DNA of 64,000 bases, taken from assembly GCA_965644265.1 (NCBI GenBank), contig OZ286462.1, positions 61,938,001 through 62,002,000 of the forward strand, in the 5' to 3' direction. The DNA comes from Glycera tridactyla (Eukaryota). The position numbers and the translations under genes were made by a program. The notes under the pieces are model-generated. The model had not been told where the DNA came from. It worked only from the letters and a program-made list of their open reading frames with translations, and ran no database searches. Positions 1-13,277 of this stretch are shown here, piece after piece. Positions within the stretch are counted from its first letter, which is position 1; the number at the start of each line of letters is the position of its first letter.

Positions 1-1702
1 CAAGGGTGGTCTTTATAGATGGGTTTGGCTGTTGGTTCAATGATCTTTGAAACTGATACAGAGACCAGTCACACCATCGAGAATTGATTAGTTGATGGTG
101 AGAAATATCATAAGAAATGTATCCACATGAACCAATCTCATGTTCATGGATGAATACTGTGGCCAAGATGCCCTGATATAACCCATGTGTAGCTAGGAGG
201 GATAGTAAACCTAAACCAACCAACCAAACCAGCTATTCAGTCATGCTCAATTGGGCACATGGCATGACATGTATAAGTTAATTGGCATTTATGCATCACA
301 CCAAGACCATGGACCTATCACACCTATTCACCTAATTAACATATAGGGGTATATACTGCTTACTCACCCCTGACATGATTATAATTACCCTGATGGGGTA
401 ACATGCCCACTCATAACACCTATCTCTCATCGGAAAAACACCCACAAATAATGTCTCATTTGCTTTGCTTTCTGAAATACAGAATTGAAATATGACATAT
501 CCTGGGCATTACAAATAGTCATGATATCAAGGTAGAGCTCTAATAAAGTAGCTGTGACTTGATTTAGAGTTTGTGTGGATGAATTTCCAGCAGGAAAAGC
601 TTGGTCACCTACTAAGGTTGGTGACAAGATAAACAAAAGATAAACAAAAGATAAACACTTTGTTTTGTTTTCCTCTGCATTGTTTCAATCCAGATGTCAT
701 CAATTTTCCTTGCAGGTAATTAGGCATTTAAACACCAACTCAGCCTTCCCCAAAATCCAAATATATTTCAGTATTTCATGGCATTTATAAAAGGATTTTA
801 TCTGCAATGTATTTGATTGCAATTCCTATTTTTTGAATAATCAGCTTAGAAAAAAAGAAATTACCCCAAGCATATTTTCAGGACTCATTTTGTTTTAACC
901 AACGATTAATTTCTCTATCATTGTGATCAATTAAACAAAAATGATATGGGAGTATTTATTCTGAATCCCGAAAACCTATGAAATAGGTAACTGAAAGACT
1001 AATTACATAAGGTATATTTGAATCAGCCATACCATCAATAAATCCTCCTGAAATGGAAAAATTGTCCCATAAACATTGATATTCATTACGTATTTTCTAA
1101 ACAAATGATTGGCAATGTCAGTAAGTTCATCAATCAGTCAATAACAAAACTCATGAAACCACACTTATTCCAAAAATGGAAAGGATTCTTTGGAACCTGT
1201 CAGAAATTCTGAGATACTCATTGGACAAAAATCCGCAAAAATGGGGAATTATTAGCATGTCATAACCATGTGTCTCCCTCCAATTATTCACGTAGATGCT
1301 ATGCATATCATTATGCGACTAGCATCATCATCATCTCTTTTGGATAAGTTACATCCCATTTGAAAGGGACCCATCAATCAGGGAGACATGTGGATAATAC
1401 ATGGCAATATAGGAGATGATACTCTCCGTGCACCAGCTTGAAATGTACGTCACAGCTGCGGAGATCCTCGTGAATTGTCACATCGATAACCCTCAATGAT
1501 ATCCATTTATCCCGCAACATGTGCAAACTTGGCAACAAACAGCAAGACATAGTCTTCTGAAGAACCATATTAGAATCTGTAAAGAGACCACTGTCAATGT
1601 AATCAAAAAGTAGTCTTTCATCATGGCTAAATGCAAATGAACATCTTGGACTCCTCAGTTTGAATGATGAAATTTGTCGACCTGTTGAATTGTTTCTCTT
1701 AC

Positions 1703-1724
1703 CCTGTCCATTCATGAATTCATC
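1703..1724 (-). CDS. Possible first coding exon of a divergent minus-strand gene (MEFMNGQ, phase 1)
   Basis: ATG GAA TTC ATG AAT GGA CAG G|GTAAGA. Upstream on the same strand are TGACGCAA (1912-1919), CCAAT (about 1870-1874) and a TATA-like CATAAAAG (about 1820-1827). Confidence 0.25.
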
Positions 1725-2059
1725 TATCTGTCGGAAGAGATAAATAGGTGGATAACTGAAAAAACAGCATTAATCCCAAGTAACCGAGCAGAGGAAAGTT
1801 TGTGTATCTGATTTAGGACTTTTATGTAGGACTCCCGTAACTGCAGGTCATCTGAAGGTCAGGCGATTGATTGGCTGATATGTTGTCGAACCAGTACGAA
1901 GTGTTGAGTGGTTGCGTCATCCCCGACAATAGTGCTAAATGAGCCAGTTATCACTAGAATTAGAGACGGATTCCTATTTTGATAGAAACAGAATGAGGAC
2001 GGGAGTCTGCAGTGTCCACGTGATCCATTTCAAGATCATAGAAACGATGTGAGGGGCAT

Positions 2060-2073
2060 CCAGCAGGTGGTGC
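2060..2073 (+). promoter_or_regulatory. Possible CTCF core site
   Basis: CCAGCAGGTGGTGC, with no upstream motif. Confidence 0.35.
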
Positions 2074-2616
2074 TGGTGTCAATTTCAAGTGCAGATTTTA
2101 TTTGAAATGATGCCAAATGTTTCCAAACATGATATCAATTTCAATCCTTTATTTTTCCGTCTATACTTTTTAGCAAGTGACACACACTGTTCTAATTATT
2201 TACAATCGGAGAAGTGAAATTTACAGGAAAAATATGATCAATATTCAAACAGCCAGTATGAAAAATAATGTGAACGCTGAAATCATTCAAATCATTGTGT
2301 GGCTTTCTGCAGGGGCAGCACATTTTCTATAGCAGAGATCCTGTGGTCTTGTGTAGTCCATTCATTTCAAGGAGACCTCAGATTTATTGGATCCCAGTAG
2401 AGATTAAGATCTATCTCAAATAAACAGACCATAGAAATGGTGATGACTGCATTAAAGTCTTTTCTTTAGTGGACAGAATAGACAACTTCGGGTAATCCAA
2501 TATGATGGAGGGAGGGAAACCAAACTTGTAACACTTTCCATTTGATTCTCACAGCCTATGACCCTAGATGCCCAACCATGTCACCTCCATATTTACTGAA
2601 AATGCCTGTATATATC

Positions 2617-2850
2617 CAGTGTCCAATCTAGAAATTTCCTTCAGAGGGGGAAACACCCCCCTCTCTGAAAAAGGGGGCGTTTTCGTGAAAATAAGAGGCC
2701 TTTTTGGAGGGGAACAGAATAGATAATGCCATTTACAAATCAATATGGCTTTCTGATGGGGCAAAATGTGCCCCTCCATCCAGAAATAAGGGGCGTTCTG
2801 TCAGGTCTATGTGACAAATCCCCCCAATGCCCCCTCTGGATTGGACACTG
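2617..2850. mobile_element. Non-autonomous DNA transposon (MITE) with CAG termini
   Basis: TIRs CAGTGTCCAATCTAGA and TCTGGATTGGACACTG (1 mismatch in 16). Flanked by the direct repeat TATATC at 2611-2616 and 2851-2856. Confidence 0.85.
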
Positions 2851-4800
2851 TATATCATACCTATCACTAACTATTTGGCATAGTTGAGTGCAATACCAAT
2901 AAGTCAACATCAATTAATGATTTTAGAGATCTAATCAGCATTATTTTCTGATAATTAGAACTGATTTCAGTGAAGATAATTACCATTTCATGTGAAATAT
3001 GGCTGTCTCTTTTGGAATACTGCAAATATTTAGTTAAATTTCTCTTCAATATCGATACAAGTTGCTATTTTATTCATCAAAGTATGAGATCCCTCCGCGC
3101 AAACATCTGGCTTGATAAATGTGACTAAACCTCAACCAAACCAAACCATCCACTTGAGAATTTATTTGAACTGGAAGAAGCAGGATTGAATGGTTACATG
3201 GATGAGAATACATGTGTGTATGGGACTTGATGGTGTTGCTAAGAAACACATGACAAGATGGTCACCACCTGTAGATTGGTGCCTCTCTCCATATGTGCCA
3301 GATGGAAGCAATATGTAAACTATCAACTGGGCCAACTTCAATAAAATGCTACATTCTGGGAATCTATGGAGATTCTTCCAGTTGCTATGGTAAATCCATG
3401 GAAACGACCACCACTGAGAGCACCTCTTTCCGAATTTGAGGCCACATATTCTAGAGTGAATTCTGCCAGAATTTTGACATGTAGCAAGGAAAACAATCCA
3501 CAATGGATTTTTAACATTGTATTCCATGTGCTGTCATTCGGTTAATGAACAAAACATGTTATGGAACTTGGAATGAACACAGTGGTGGGAAGTTATCATG
3601 AAAATAAAATATTTTCAAGGTGAATAAACACCACTTTTGTACATGTTTTTTTTTCTTCTGGTTTTGACTGTCAACCTATTTGCAATATTATGAAAACATG
3701 TTGACACACATTATGTTTTCTGAATTTGCCAGAAATAATCTATAACACTGCTCTAATGCACAATACTTATTTAGACAGGTGGAATCCTAACACATTGAAA
3801 CCCTGTATGACAGGTAGCACTAAATGAAATAACTGTGGTCTTTGGAACAGGTGGTCTCTCATCAGAGGGCTATTTGACTGCCTTGAAAGCATAGGAGCAG
3901 CTCATGAAATCCTGAACTGAAAAATTGTCCTGTTTTTGTAGCAATGTCTGTTTTTTTAACACAAATCTGTGAATCTCTGAGAACAAAGTAACAAAGGCAG
4001 CTGGTTTTGCAACAGGTTCTTTTTGTCAAGATTAATCCCAATTGTATTGACCAAGAAAATAATTTATTTCAGGAATTGATTTCAGTTGAATTTCACAACA
4101 TCAAGGGATTCAGGTGGGAAGAGATTTAGTGAGGAGGCATTCCAGACATTAGTGAATACAATGGGTCAGAATCCAAGCGGATTCAGCAAAAGACAAAAAA
4201 GCGAAGTTTCTGAAGATGCGGCTTGTTTCAGGGGGGAATTATCACACCTGCGAGATGAAAACATTCCCCAGCTTCACCTGCTCCTCTGCCCACACTATAA
4301 ATACCAACACACCTGTATACTGAAACATCAGAGACAGATAATGAAATTAAAGCTACTTGAAAGATGCGGAGGATTCAATTAGCTGAGATGGTCAAGCTGC
4401 CCAGAGATGCTACCGGGACAATTTCACTAAGAACAAAAAGACAAACTCCTATTCCGATCACCCATTCTCTATCTTTCTGGTCAAAATGAATAGCAAGTAT
4501 GGGTTCCTATGTTGGTATGGGGTGATCTAGGTGTTGGTGAAATGGTGCCTGCACATCTTCTTTACATTGGGAGACAGGTGTCTGCATCCTGGTCAGCAGA
4601 TTGAGGTAATTAACCGGCTACCATGACAACATATTGCCCACTGCTCCTTCTGCACACATCACCTGTGTTATAGCCACCATCTACCTTCTGAAATCAATTT
4701 TGTCTTTTTTCTAATGTCTGAAGTATGTCCATAAGTTATTATCATTATCATCATCATCCTCAACCATATTTTTGTTCTCATCCAGTATGGTATCTAATTA

Positions 4801-4975
4801 CAGTAAAACCTGCTTGAGTGTAAACCTGTGCTAGGCGAAATCCTGTCTTAAGCACATACCCCACGGACTGCCCGGATGTTTTTTTCTCACTATAATTGTC
4901 CTGCGCTAAGCAATATCCTATCTTAAGTGGAAAAAATTTGGTCCCGTGACTTTCCACTTAAGACAGGTTTTACTG
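4801..4975. mobile_element. Tc1/mariner(pogo)-type MITE
   Basis: TIRs CAGTAAAACCTG and CAGGTTTTACTG, TA target duplication on both sides, 175 bp. Confidence 0.9.
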
Positions 4976-5914
4976 TAGTGGGTTCCTTGTATTCCTCTCT
5001 GTATACACTTGTTGGAATAAACAGTACACTAAGATGTGGAGAGCCAGTAGAGAGGACCTGCCATGGGAGCGGCCTAAAATCCATCTTTCAACAGTGCTGG
5101 TCTCCTATCCGAGGCATATTGGACCAGGTCAAGTAAAGGAGCTCCTCAGAGATAGTGGTCTCCCAAATGAGGACACACAATTTTACTGTATCTTGCGTGA
5201 ATGAAAGCTGTGATTTTCAGTATTCTTTCATTGAAGTACTGGGCCAGTACTGTAAGCAACTGATCCAGTATCAGAATATTTGCTGGCCAACATCTGTCTC
5301 AGAAAACAGATGGATATCATGCAGTCTCAAAATATGATCCAGCTGGTAAAGGGTCAAACAAAAGTGAAGGTGTAGAGGCAGCATGTTGCAGGTTTCACAC
5401 CACTAAATGATACCTGCATCATTGTCATCAGTCTCATCTGACTGACCCAGGCCAACTGGCTCGACTGTAAGGCAGGTGATCTCAGCAGGTGAACACAGGT
5501 GAGTTTAGACTGTTTTAATTCACTTATATGACACCTCTGAAGTGATTAACATTCTCTTCTATCCCACTTCTCATGTTTGTCTTTCTTCTTTTCTTCTTTC
5601 TTCTTTTCAACGTGATCACTTCATGAAGGACTACCTGTCTCAATGTGCTCAGAAATTGCTGCATGCATATACACTCCAGTGGAATCTTGGAAATGCCAAC
5701 CATCATGATTTTGGAGTGATGCTTACTTAGTCTTTTTGAGCCAAAATTTGGGCATTTCACATGCAGCATTAATTCAAGAAATTCATGATACTATTATTTG
5801 ACCAATGCAAATACTGCCATCATTACTCTCAGAAATTTGCATCATATTACTAATTTTGGTCATCAAAGGTTGGCATCCCAGGAACCTGCAATGAGAGATG
5901 GCCATAAATTCAAC

Positions 5915-6053
5915 CAAAAAGTGATCCCTCAAACGAGGTGGTCTCTCGTTGGAGGTATATTTGATCACGCCAAATAGGGAAGCTGCTTTGTGGAGGCAGT
6001 CTCCGTTCTATGATGGTCTCTCGCTTGGGTTCTCTCATCAAAGGTTTGACTGA
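5915..6053 (+). mobile_element. Diverged partial copy of the 19039 MITE family
   Basis: gaggtggtctctcgttggaggtatatttga ... aaaggtttgactg. Boundaries are approximate. Confidence 0.65.
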
Positions 6054-6739
6054 GATTTGACAAAGATTTGAAAATTCATACATATGTGGATTTCCCTGTT
6101 TATTGGTAGATGTGTATCCACTAATTATATCATATGCAGATATGCCAATAATTAGTTCTTCCTTGTTTAATGATCACATGAGCGCCGCAGGGCTGAAATC
6201 CAAAGAAAATATAAAGAAATTCTATGTTTTCTAATGGGTTTCTTGCAAGTAACTGTAGCTCCTTTAGTCCCAGGGAGAATGATGTTCAGGACCACACACT
6301 AACTCCTATCTCCTGTCACCCACTGGTCATCTATAGGAAGACCCGAATGACTCTAAAAAGATCTTTTCTGAGATTTCAAGAAAGCCTTTGACATTCATGG
6401 TGTTGAGTTTCAAGGGTTCAAGTGGAGGCAAGTTTTGGTGGGTTTCAGATTGTGCTTTTTGGTGTGTGTGGTTTCGAACTGGATGCGTGAAAGACATCCC
6501 TGTCAGGCGAGTTGACCAGCACTGTGGTCAATCAAATGCATACAAACTTCCAAACTTAGTTGAAGTTCAGCACACTTCCATTTGTCTCAAGAAACCCCTA
6601 TGGCCATTCCTTCAAGAAAAGCTTACTTTATTGAAAACGGAGCAAACTCTACATGGAGTCGACTGTAGTGGAAAGATGGGAGGTCCCCTCTCCCACTATG
6701 GAGTGTCAGTCAAACTTGACCACTGCCAGATGGCTCTGC

Positions 6740-6900
6740 AGCTAATAGAACCCTGCATTCTGATTGGCTGTTGGCTGCTGTATGGGGGTACAGCTGGTAG
6801 CGGGTCTGCTTGACAATACCATGACTGAGCCATAGTCACCTAGACTCACCCTACACCACACCAGCATCACTGGCTGCTGCTGCTGCTGCTACAGATTGAG
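6740..6900 (+). promoter_or_regulatory. Promoter-like region upstream of exon A
   Basis: Inverted CCAAT box (tgATTGGct, 6763-6767) followed by a (GCT)6 tract at 6873-6890, about 0.6 kb upstream of the exon A start codon. Confidence 0.35.
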
Positions 6901-7428
6901 CTCAGTCATTGATGCGGTTGCTATTGTCATCACTAGGGGCTATTGTTACTATGCAACCTTGTCTCTAAGGTGGCAGGGAGTACCTCTACACTACAAATTA
7001 GCCCGGACTACCAGGCAGTGCCATCAGTGTATCTCTATCTCCCGGACAGTACACATCCACTTCTGCTCACAGGGAATGGACACTTTACCTTAGTTACTGC
7101 AGCCTAGCAACAAACTGCACTACATGGTTACCTGTGATCAACTTCACCTGGACTTTACCTGTGAATGGACAGTACTCCTGAGGATGAATTTTGGAGATAT
7201 CACACTTTTGATATCTTCATGAATATTTCACTTCCTCTTAACAACAGCAGTTACCTGTAATTTTCTGATATTTGGAGTGATACTACCGGCAGGATTGGTG
7301 AATTTATAATTGTTTGGTGAACTACTTAAATGGTGAATTAACTTACAACCTCTGAGGCGGGGGATTTCTTGTGATATTGATCCAGTTCTCTTACAACTTA
7401 CGAGCTTTTCTGTGATTTGGTCTTTATC

Positions 7429-7473
7429 ATGGATGCATGTATGATCCGACTTGGATCTGCACAGGACAAAATG
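7429..7473 (+). CDS. Candidate alternative N-terminal coding exon A (MDACMIRLGSAQDKM)
   Basis: Start context atcATGG, 15 codons, donor ATG|GTAAGT at 7474 (phase 0). Preceded by a UTR-like stretch and a promoter-like region near 6760. Confidence 0.55.
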
Positions 7474-7619
7474 GTAAGTGGTGATTTTACTTAACGGAGT
7501 GGACCCAGTTCTGATACATTAGTAAGAAATGATGAGCTCATTACATTTGTATGATATTTTTTTTTAATTTCCTAAGACGATCAGTTTAGGCCAGTAAGGT
7601 AATGAGCTTGGACTCACAA

Positions 7620-7779
7620 TGAGAGACGCTGTGAGAAACCACCTGCGACCAGAGACCACTCAAGCTGGGCAGCTTTATCATTTGACACAGTCAAATATAC
7701 CTCTGATGAGAGACCACTTCTTTTGAGAACCACTTTTTGGTCACATTTAGGGTGGTCCCTCAACACAGGTTTCACTCTA
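7620..7779 (-). mobile_element. Diverged, inverted copy of the 19039 MITE family
   Basis: atttgacacagtcaaatatacctctgatgagagaccac is the reverse complement of the family core. Ends in caggtttcactcta. Boundaries are approximate. Confidence 0.7.
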
Positions 7780-8469
7780 ATTAGCCATATTAAATGTTCA
7801 GAGGTGGTGAATCAGGTAATTTCTTATTTTGAAATAATCTCAACAAAAGCTATGAGGTTCTGTTGTTGACATTACCTGTTTAGATAGACCATCATCTAGA
7901 GTTAGCCCTCCAGAATCCCTGCTATATGAAGGAAGTAAAGATACCTGAGGCCAATTTGGTAGAAGTACACGACATCCTTGGGCAATTCCATGAAGATGTC
8001 CTGGTTACCTACTGAAGACAGGAAGTTGGAAATTTCCATATTTGTTCCATATCTTCTGTCTTTAGATCTGCTTCAAAGGTGACTCGAAATGTAGGATCAT
8101 TCTGGAAATCATGACCTGTGAACAAAGACCAAAATACATTATGTATCTTATCATCATTAATCTTAAATATTCATGTATGAATCAAATTGTGAACTACCAA
8201 TATAGTCAAAACTGTGGGATGAGCACAGAGAACTCCTCTCTAAGCTTTTAATTGCTGGTGCAGTGATAGCCATGTTGTCTCTGCCCAGAGGCGAGAGCTG
8301 TCTGCCTCAACTGTGAATTATGATGATGATGATAGTCCTTTTAAAGTTGCCATTTCCCATACTATACTATAGTCCATTCATTTTACAATCAGTAATGGGG
8401 GTCAGAATTTGAATCTAAGGTGAAATTATATATTTTGCTCAGTTTATTGACATGCTTCCCTCCATTGAT

Positions 8470-8596
8470 TTGAACTCTCTCTATCTCCTCCCTCCTCCCC
8501 CCCCCCTCTCTCTCTCCCTCCCTCCCTCCCGCTCTCTCTCTCTCTCTCAGTCTGTCTTCTTTTCTCTCACTCTTTTACTTTCAGTCTCTCCCCCTT
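8470..8596. repeat. CT/C-rich simple repeat running into an assembly gap
   Basis: (CT)n and poly-C tracts directly visible. Confidence 0.9.
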
Positions 8597-8744
8597 NNNN
8601 NNNNNNNNNNNNNNNNNNNNNNNNNNNNNNNNNNNNNNNNNNNNNNNNNNNNNNNNNNNNNNNNNNNNNNNNNNNNNNNNNNNNNNNNNNNNNNNNNNNN
8701 NNNNNNNNNNNNNNNNNNNNNNNNNNNNNNNNNNNNNNNNNNNN
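8597..8744. other. Assembly gap (N run)
   Basis: 148 N. Confidence 1.
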
Positions 8745-9837
8745 TCCTCTAGATTTGTAAATGATACCAAGGACCAGAGTTTTGACCAGTGAACAGTAAG
8801 GTCCATAAGTAGCAAATATGATGGCCATTAGGACACCCATATCCTACAGAATCATGATCAATGTCAGATCAATGTCACATGGAGAGGTCCTTGGAAGGTC
8901 ATTGCAATGATGGATGAGTTTTCACACCAATCTGGGAATCAGGAGAAAGTCACGAAGCCTGGTTCATCCACGGTTATCAACATCTTTATCACTCTATCCT
9001 AGGGCAATATTAATGACTTGAGATGTGTGGCGAGTTGCTGGTGGCCATCAGGCAGGACATTCTATCCCCCTGTATCATGGAGGGGTAGGGAGTTCCGCTC
9101 ATTTACGCCCATTGGTCCATTGCATTGATAGACTATTCAAGCGCTGGGATACACTGAATCACCCCTCCATGAAGGGCGGCAGTGGGCACAAGAACCCCAA
9201 CCCCCAGCTGGTACCTGAACCTGATAAATGAGCCCTGACCTCGCCCAACTATTATACCCACCCTTACGCCCGAACAAACATCAGAATCAACCTTTTATAC
9301 CATGTCTTTTCCCCGGGGAGTTCACCTCACGGAATGCCCAATCTGCCTCAGTCCCAACCGCTTCACCCTTGATTCTGAAGGAGTTGAAATAATGACATTC
9401 TGGCACTACTTCAAGCTGGTCAACTCTCTAAATAGACCATACCTTTATTGTGACCATTTTCTCAGCTAAGAAAGAGTGGCCTTATGAATGGGTCAGCTCA
9501 CCTCATGGGAGAGAAATATGACTATAGCAATGAGATGAATGGTCTCAAAGACTGTGGAGTAGAAAGGACCACTGATATTTCAAACAGGTGGTCTCTTATT
9601 ACATGGTATACAGTATTGTGTGCATTTTCATTAGATATTCTCTATCATTGTAAAATCTATCTTTTGCAAGCAGTAAGACCATATCAATGCCATCAACACA
9701 AAGCAGTGATGAAAAAAGTTGATCTGGCTTCATTTCAAATGTGGAATGAATTCTCAACACCGTCACAGCCAAGAATGTTGGACAATATGGGCTCTGTCTT
9801 CATTAGCATGTATGCAAATATCACATGTGGATTATCC

Positions 9838-9853
9838 ATCTCTCTCTCTCTCT

Positions 9854-9887
<34 letters not shown>

Positions 9888-9917
9888 TACTCAATCACTC
9901 ACTCACTCTCTCTCTCT
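9838..9917. repeat. (CT)n / (CACT)n microsatellite
   Basis: Directly visible. Confidence 0.9.
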
Positions 9918-12900
9918 TTGGAATTCACCTGAGACGTAACACCACGACCATCACCACGGAAATAGTTGCTATCACATCTAAAGCCTGTCCACTTCAAATT
10001 TATCTCAGACTTCATTGAAATCAATGAAGATTGGGGTTTTTCTCAAAAGAACAGGCCATAGGTACCAGTTTTAACACCGACTGGCCTTTCTCCTGAATGA
10101 ACAATAGATGCTGATTGAAGATTTGCAGGCTTTTTCCGGTGACTATGCTTGCATGCACAGAAGCCATAAAACCGTCACAGCAACAGTGGGCTTGATGGAG
10201 TTGCAATAGTCATCAAATTATACCTTTCATGACCTAGATGTGTAGTTCACCAAAGTCATGTACGACCCAAGGTTTGCTGAACAGTTCAAATTTCATGGAT
10301 ATCATGAGTAGTCTCTGATTTCATTGCATTCCTGGCATAAGACACCAGTATAGCTTCTGGTGCAAGTTCCATGACTACTGTTCCATGCCATTTCCCTCCA
10401 GTGACCGGTGATGAGCAGTGCTAGGGTTTGCCTTATACCCTCTTGTCATTGACCCTGCCTCTGGGTCACAAACTAGGGGTATAATCAGCAGTCTAAATGT
10501 TATAGTCTTCCACTTAACCCCCCCCCCCCCCCCCCTCTCCCACAAAACTCTTTTAACTGTCTAAATTTTATGGTTTCTAGTCTACTCTTAAGATAAACTC
10601 AAGCTCCATTGATTTCCAATGGAGACAGCTTTGAAGTGACAGGGCTTTAGTTCTAACCCCACCCCCAACCCCCAACAAACACAAATACATACACTCACAA
10701 GGAAGGGGCCCAACCTGTTCCAATCCATTCCATTCCTCTTATTGATGGATAAATTCGTCTCTGGCAGTATGAAAAAGCTGTGAAAACTCTCATGAATGAC
10801 AGGGGTCGGTTCAGTTCAAACTGTTGATGTACTTCGCAGGGATGTGCGTGCACAGTTTGTCATAGCAACCGCATCAGGCAGCATCCTGTGTGACAACATG
10901 ATGTGAACAACTGACAAATGGCCAGCTGTGATACCAAAACGCACACAGCCTCCTGTCAGCCTGTCCAGGTTACCTCCTCCAAAATCTGCCTCCTCTATTT
11001 TAATTTTGACACATGTGGCTGTATTCTCTCAGGCTTCTCTCTTCATGAAATGAACCACTCTGACTGGTCGGTATTCTGAAAATTTGAGTTTTCCATGCAT
11101 TCTAGAATTCATCAATTTAGGTCAGCAACTTTCAATCTCCCACCATTCAGCGTATAATGTTTTCTGATGAAAACATTCAAAAGTATGGATTGTAAAATTC
11201 CTTGAAGTGGAATATAAATTCATAGTGTTTGTGAGCCAGATTTCACTTCATGATGCTGCCATAAGATTATCTTTCAGGCACAGAACATTTGTTAGTCTTT
11301 TATCTCATGATTTCTATTGATGAGATCATGACTGATTAGTTACTTTATAATATACATGTATCACTGTGTTAAATAAATTGATGAATTATTGGTGATGTAG
11401 ACAGCCGCAGATGTCGTCGTAAGGTGAAACTAAATCATGAAAATCTACATGAACTGGGAAATATCAGCATCTGTATTTCATTCTCGGATACAGCAGATAT
11501 TTTGAGTTGGAAGGTTAGCCGAATGGTCACTCTGTCATTGAAATAATCACACTTGACCCGATGGTCACTTGTTGATTGTGGACATTCAACATGGGAAAAC
11601 ATGATGAATACAGGAGGAGGAAGTTGATGGAGTGATTCGTGTAGAGCATTTGATAGCATTGAGCGTAGTTCACACACATGTCCAGTGGGCAATGTGTCAG
11701 CTTTGTATGGCAACTTAATCCATTAGAACCACCAAGTACATCTTTCCCCACCCACTGGACCCCCACTACAACTTGCACACTTCAACCCCTCTCTCTACCC
11801 TATTTATTCCCAGACAATCCATCCTCCACACCCCATTCATAACTTCACCCATCACCAAGGGCAAACATCTTCAACACGGACCATGTCTGAGATTTAACTT
11901 CCTCAAATACAATGAACTTTTGAAAACTGGTAGTCTTAATTTACCTCCTCTTCATCAAATAATGAATGGTTTTATTTTCACAAAGATCCCAGATTTGTGC
12001 AGTTTCAGTTGCTTTCACTTGCAGCCAGATACAGTGATGAAATTTTCTGGAAATATAGTCACAAACAGTCAATTTGATTTAGTGACTCAGAAATGCAACT
12101 TTCCTGAATATATGTTTTAGTGATAGTCTAGGATGACTGATTTACAGGAAAATCAATACAGGGAGAAAAGAGTCTAATGAAGCTCAGATGTCATATGTCA
12201 AAATGAATCTGGAAATGAAAGGGTCTAATGAAACCATGAAGTGGAGGCTCCTGTGAGGGGGGGAGGGGGGATTTCCAAGGGTGAGAAATATGATCCACCA
12301 CCAGCATCCATTTGGAGATATATTCTGAGGGGCAAAATTACCCACAGGTATCATATCTCATGAACTGTTCAATGAATTGTGTATGTAACCATAGTTGAGC
12401 AATTCCGATTCCATTCATTTCTGCATGAAAGTAGGCTTGGATCTGTTCAAGCAGACTTGATTTTTTGCTGGATTTCAAAGAGAAATGAATTCTTAGAATT
12501 AACAGATCATAGGGGAAAGTAGTAGTCTGTGTAAAATGTGGTCTGCACACAGAGTAATACAAATGAAAAATATGGAGTATTTTTCATTTCATCTGGAGTA
12601 TTATCATTCCTTGCAATTGTGAGGAAGTACTCAGCAGAATTTGAGCTATCTGGCATGTGGAGAGTTAAATGCGGGTGGTTCAACGATATTCTCATGGCAT
12701 CTATTGTCGTTCTATTGACTCTTGGAATTGCGGGGAAGATGTGGTATGATATCTGACCGCCATATGACACCTGGTGTACACATGGCAGACATGTGACTCC
12801 AAGGTTATCCATTCATTATTAAAATACGACATCATTCGCCCCTCCCACTGCACCCCTATAGGAGATAATCACCACTGATTCTCGCCATCTTTGAGTGCTG

Positions 12901-13176
12901 GAAAAGTTTCCTGAAAGAAGGAAATTATTAGAATCAAATTATGTTTCATGATACACCTTTTGAATTTGCAATGCATCTTTTTATGTTTATAAAAGGCGCT
13001 GTAAACATATAACACTTTCCATTTCTGAGATGTGTTCCGGTGACATCTTGAAATGGAAGATAGCTACACTGAAGATATTCTGTTCACTCTGAAAAGGCTT
13101 CATCCACAGTAATAGAACATACTCCACTCAGCATTAGATGATGAACCGTGGGCACTACATGGCATGGGAAGACATG

Positions 13177-13277
13177 CAGCCATCTTGTGTTATCTGGTTG
13201 AACTACATCAGACATGAGGCACCACCTAGTGTCAACTAGGAGAAGCTCCAGTTTGGCTGCCGCCCTACAGATGGCAG
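13177..13277. promoter_or_regulatory. Cluster of three CTCF-type sites (-,-,+)
   Basis: Cores ACACAAGATGGCTG (-, 13177-13190), ACACTAGGTGGTGC (-, 13219-13232) and CCTACAGATGGCAG (+, 13264-13277). Upstream motifs TGTAGT and TCCAGT sit 11 nt 5' of the first and third cores. Confidence 0.65.

Noticed and set aside
4086-4382. 98-aa + strand ORF, and similar 100-150 aa ORFs at 6388, 9484, 17249, 39400 and 44610
   Set aside because: No recognisable domains or consistent splice signals. Some overlap MITE relics or start at non-ATG codons, and the lengths are compatible with chance.
6707-6736. CTCF-like CTGCCAGATGGCTC with CAGT 12 nt upstream, near promoter A
   Set aside because: The upstream part is CAGTCAAACTTG, identical to the MITE TIR, and the core is weak. 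More likely a transposon relic.
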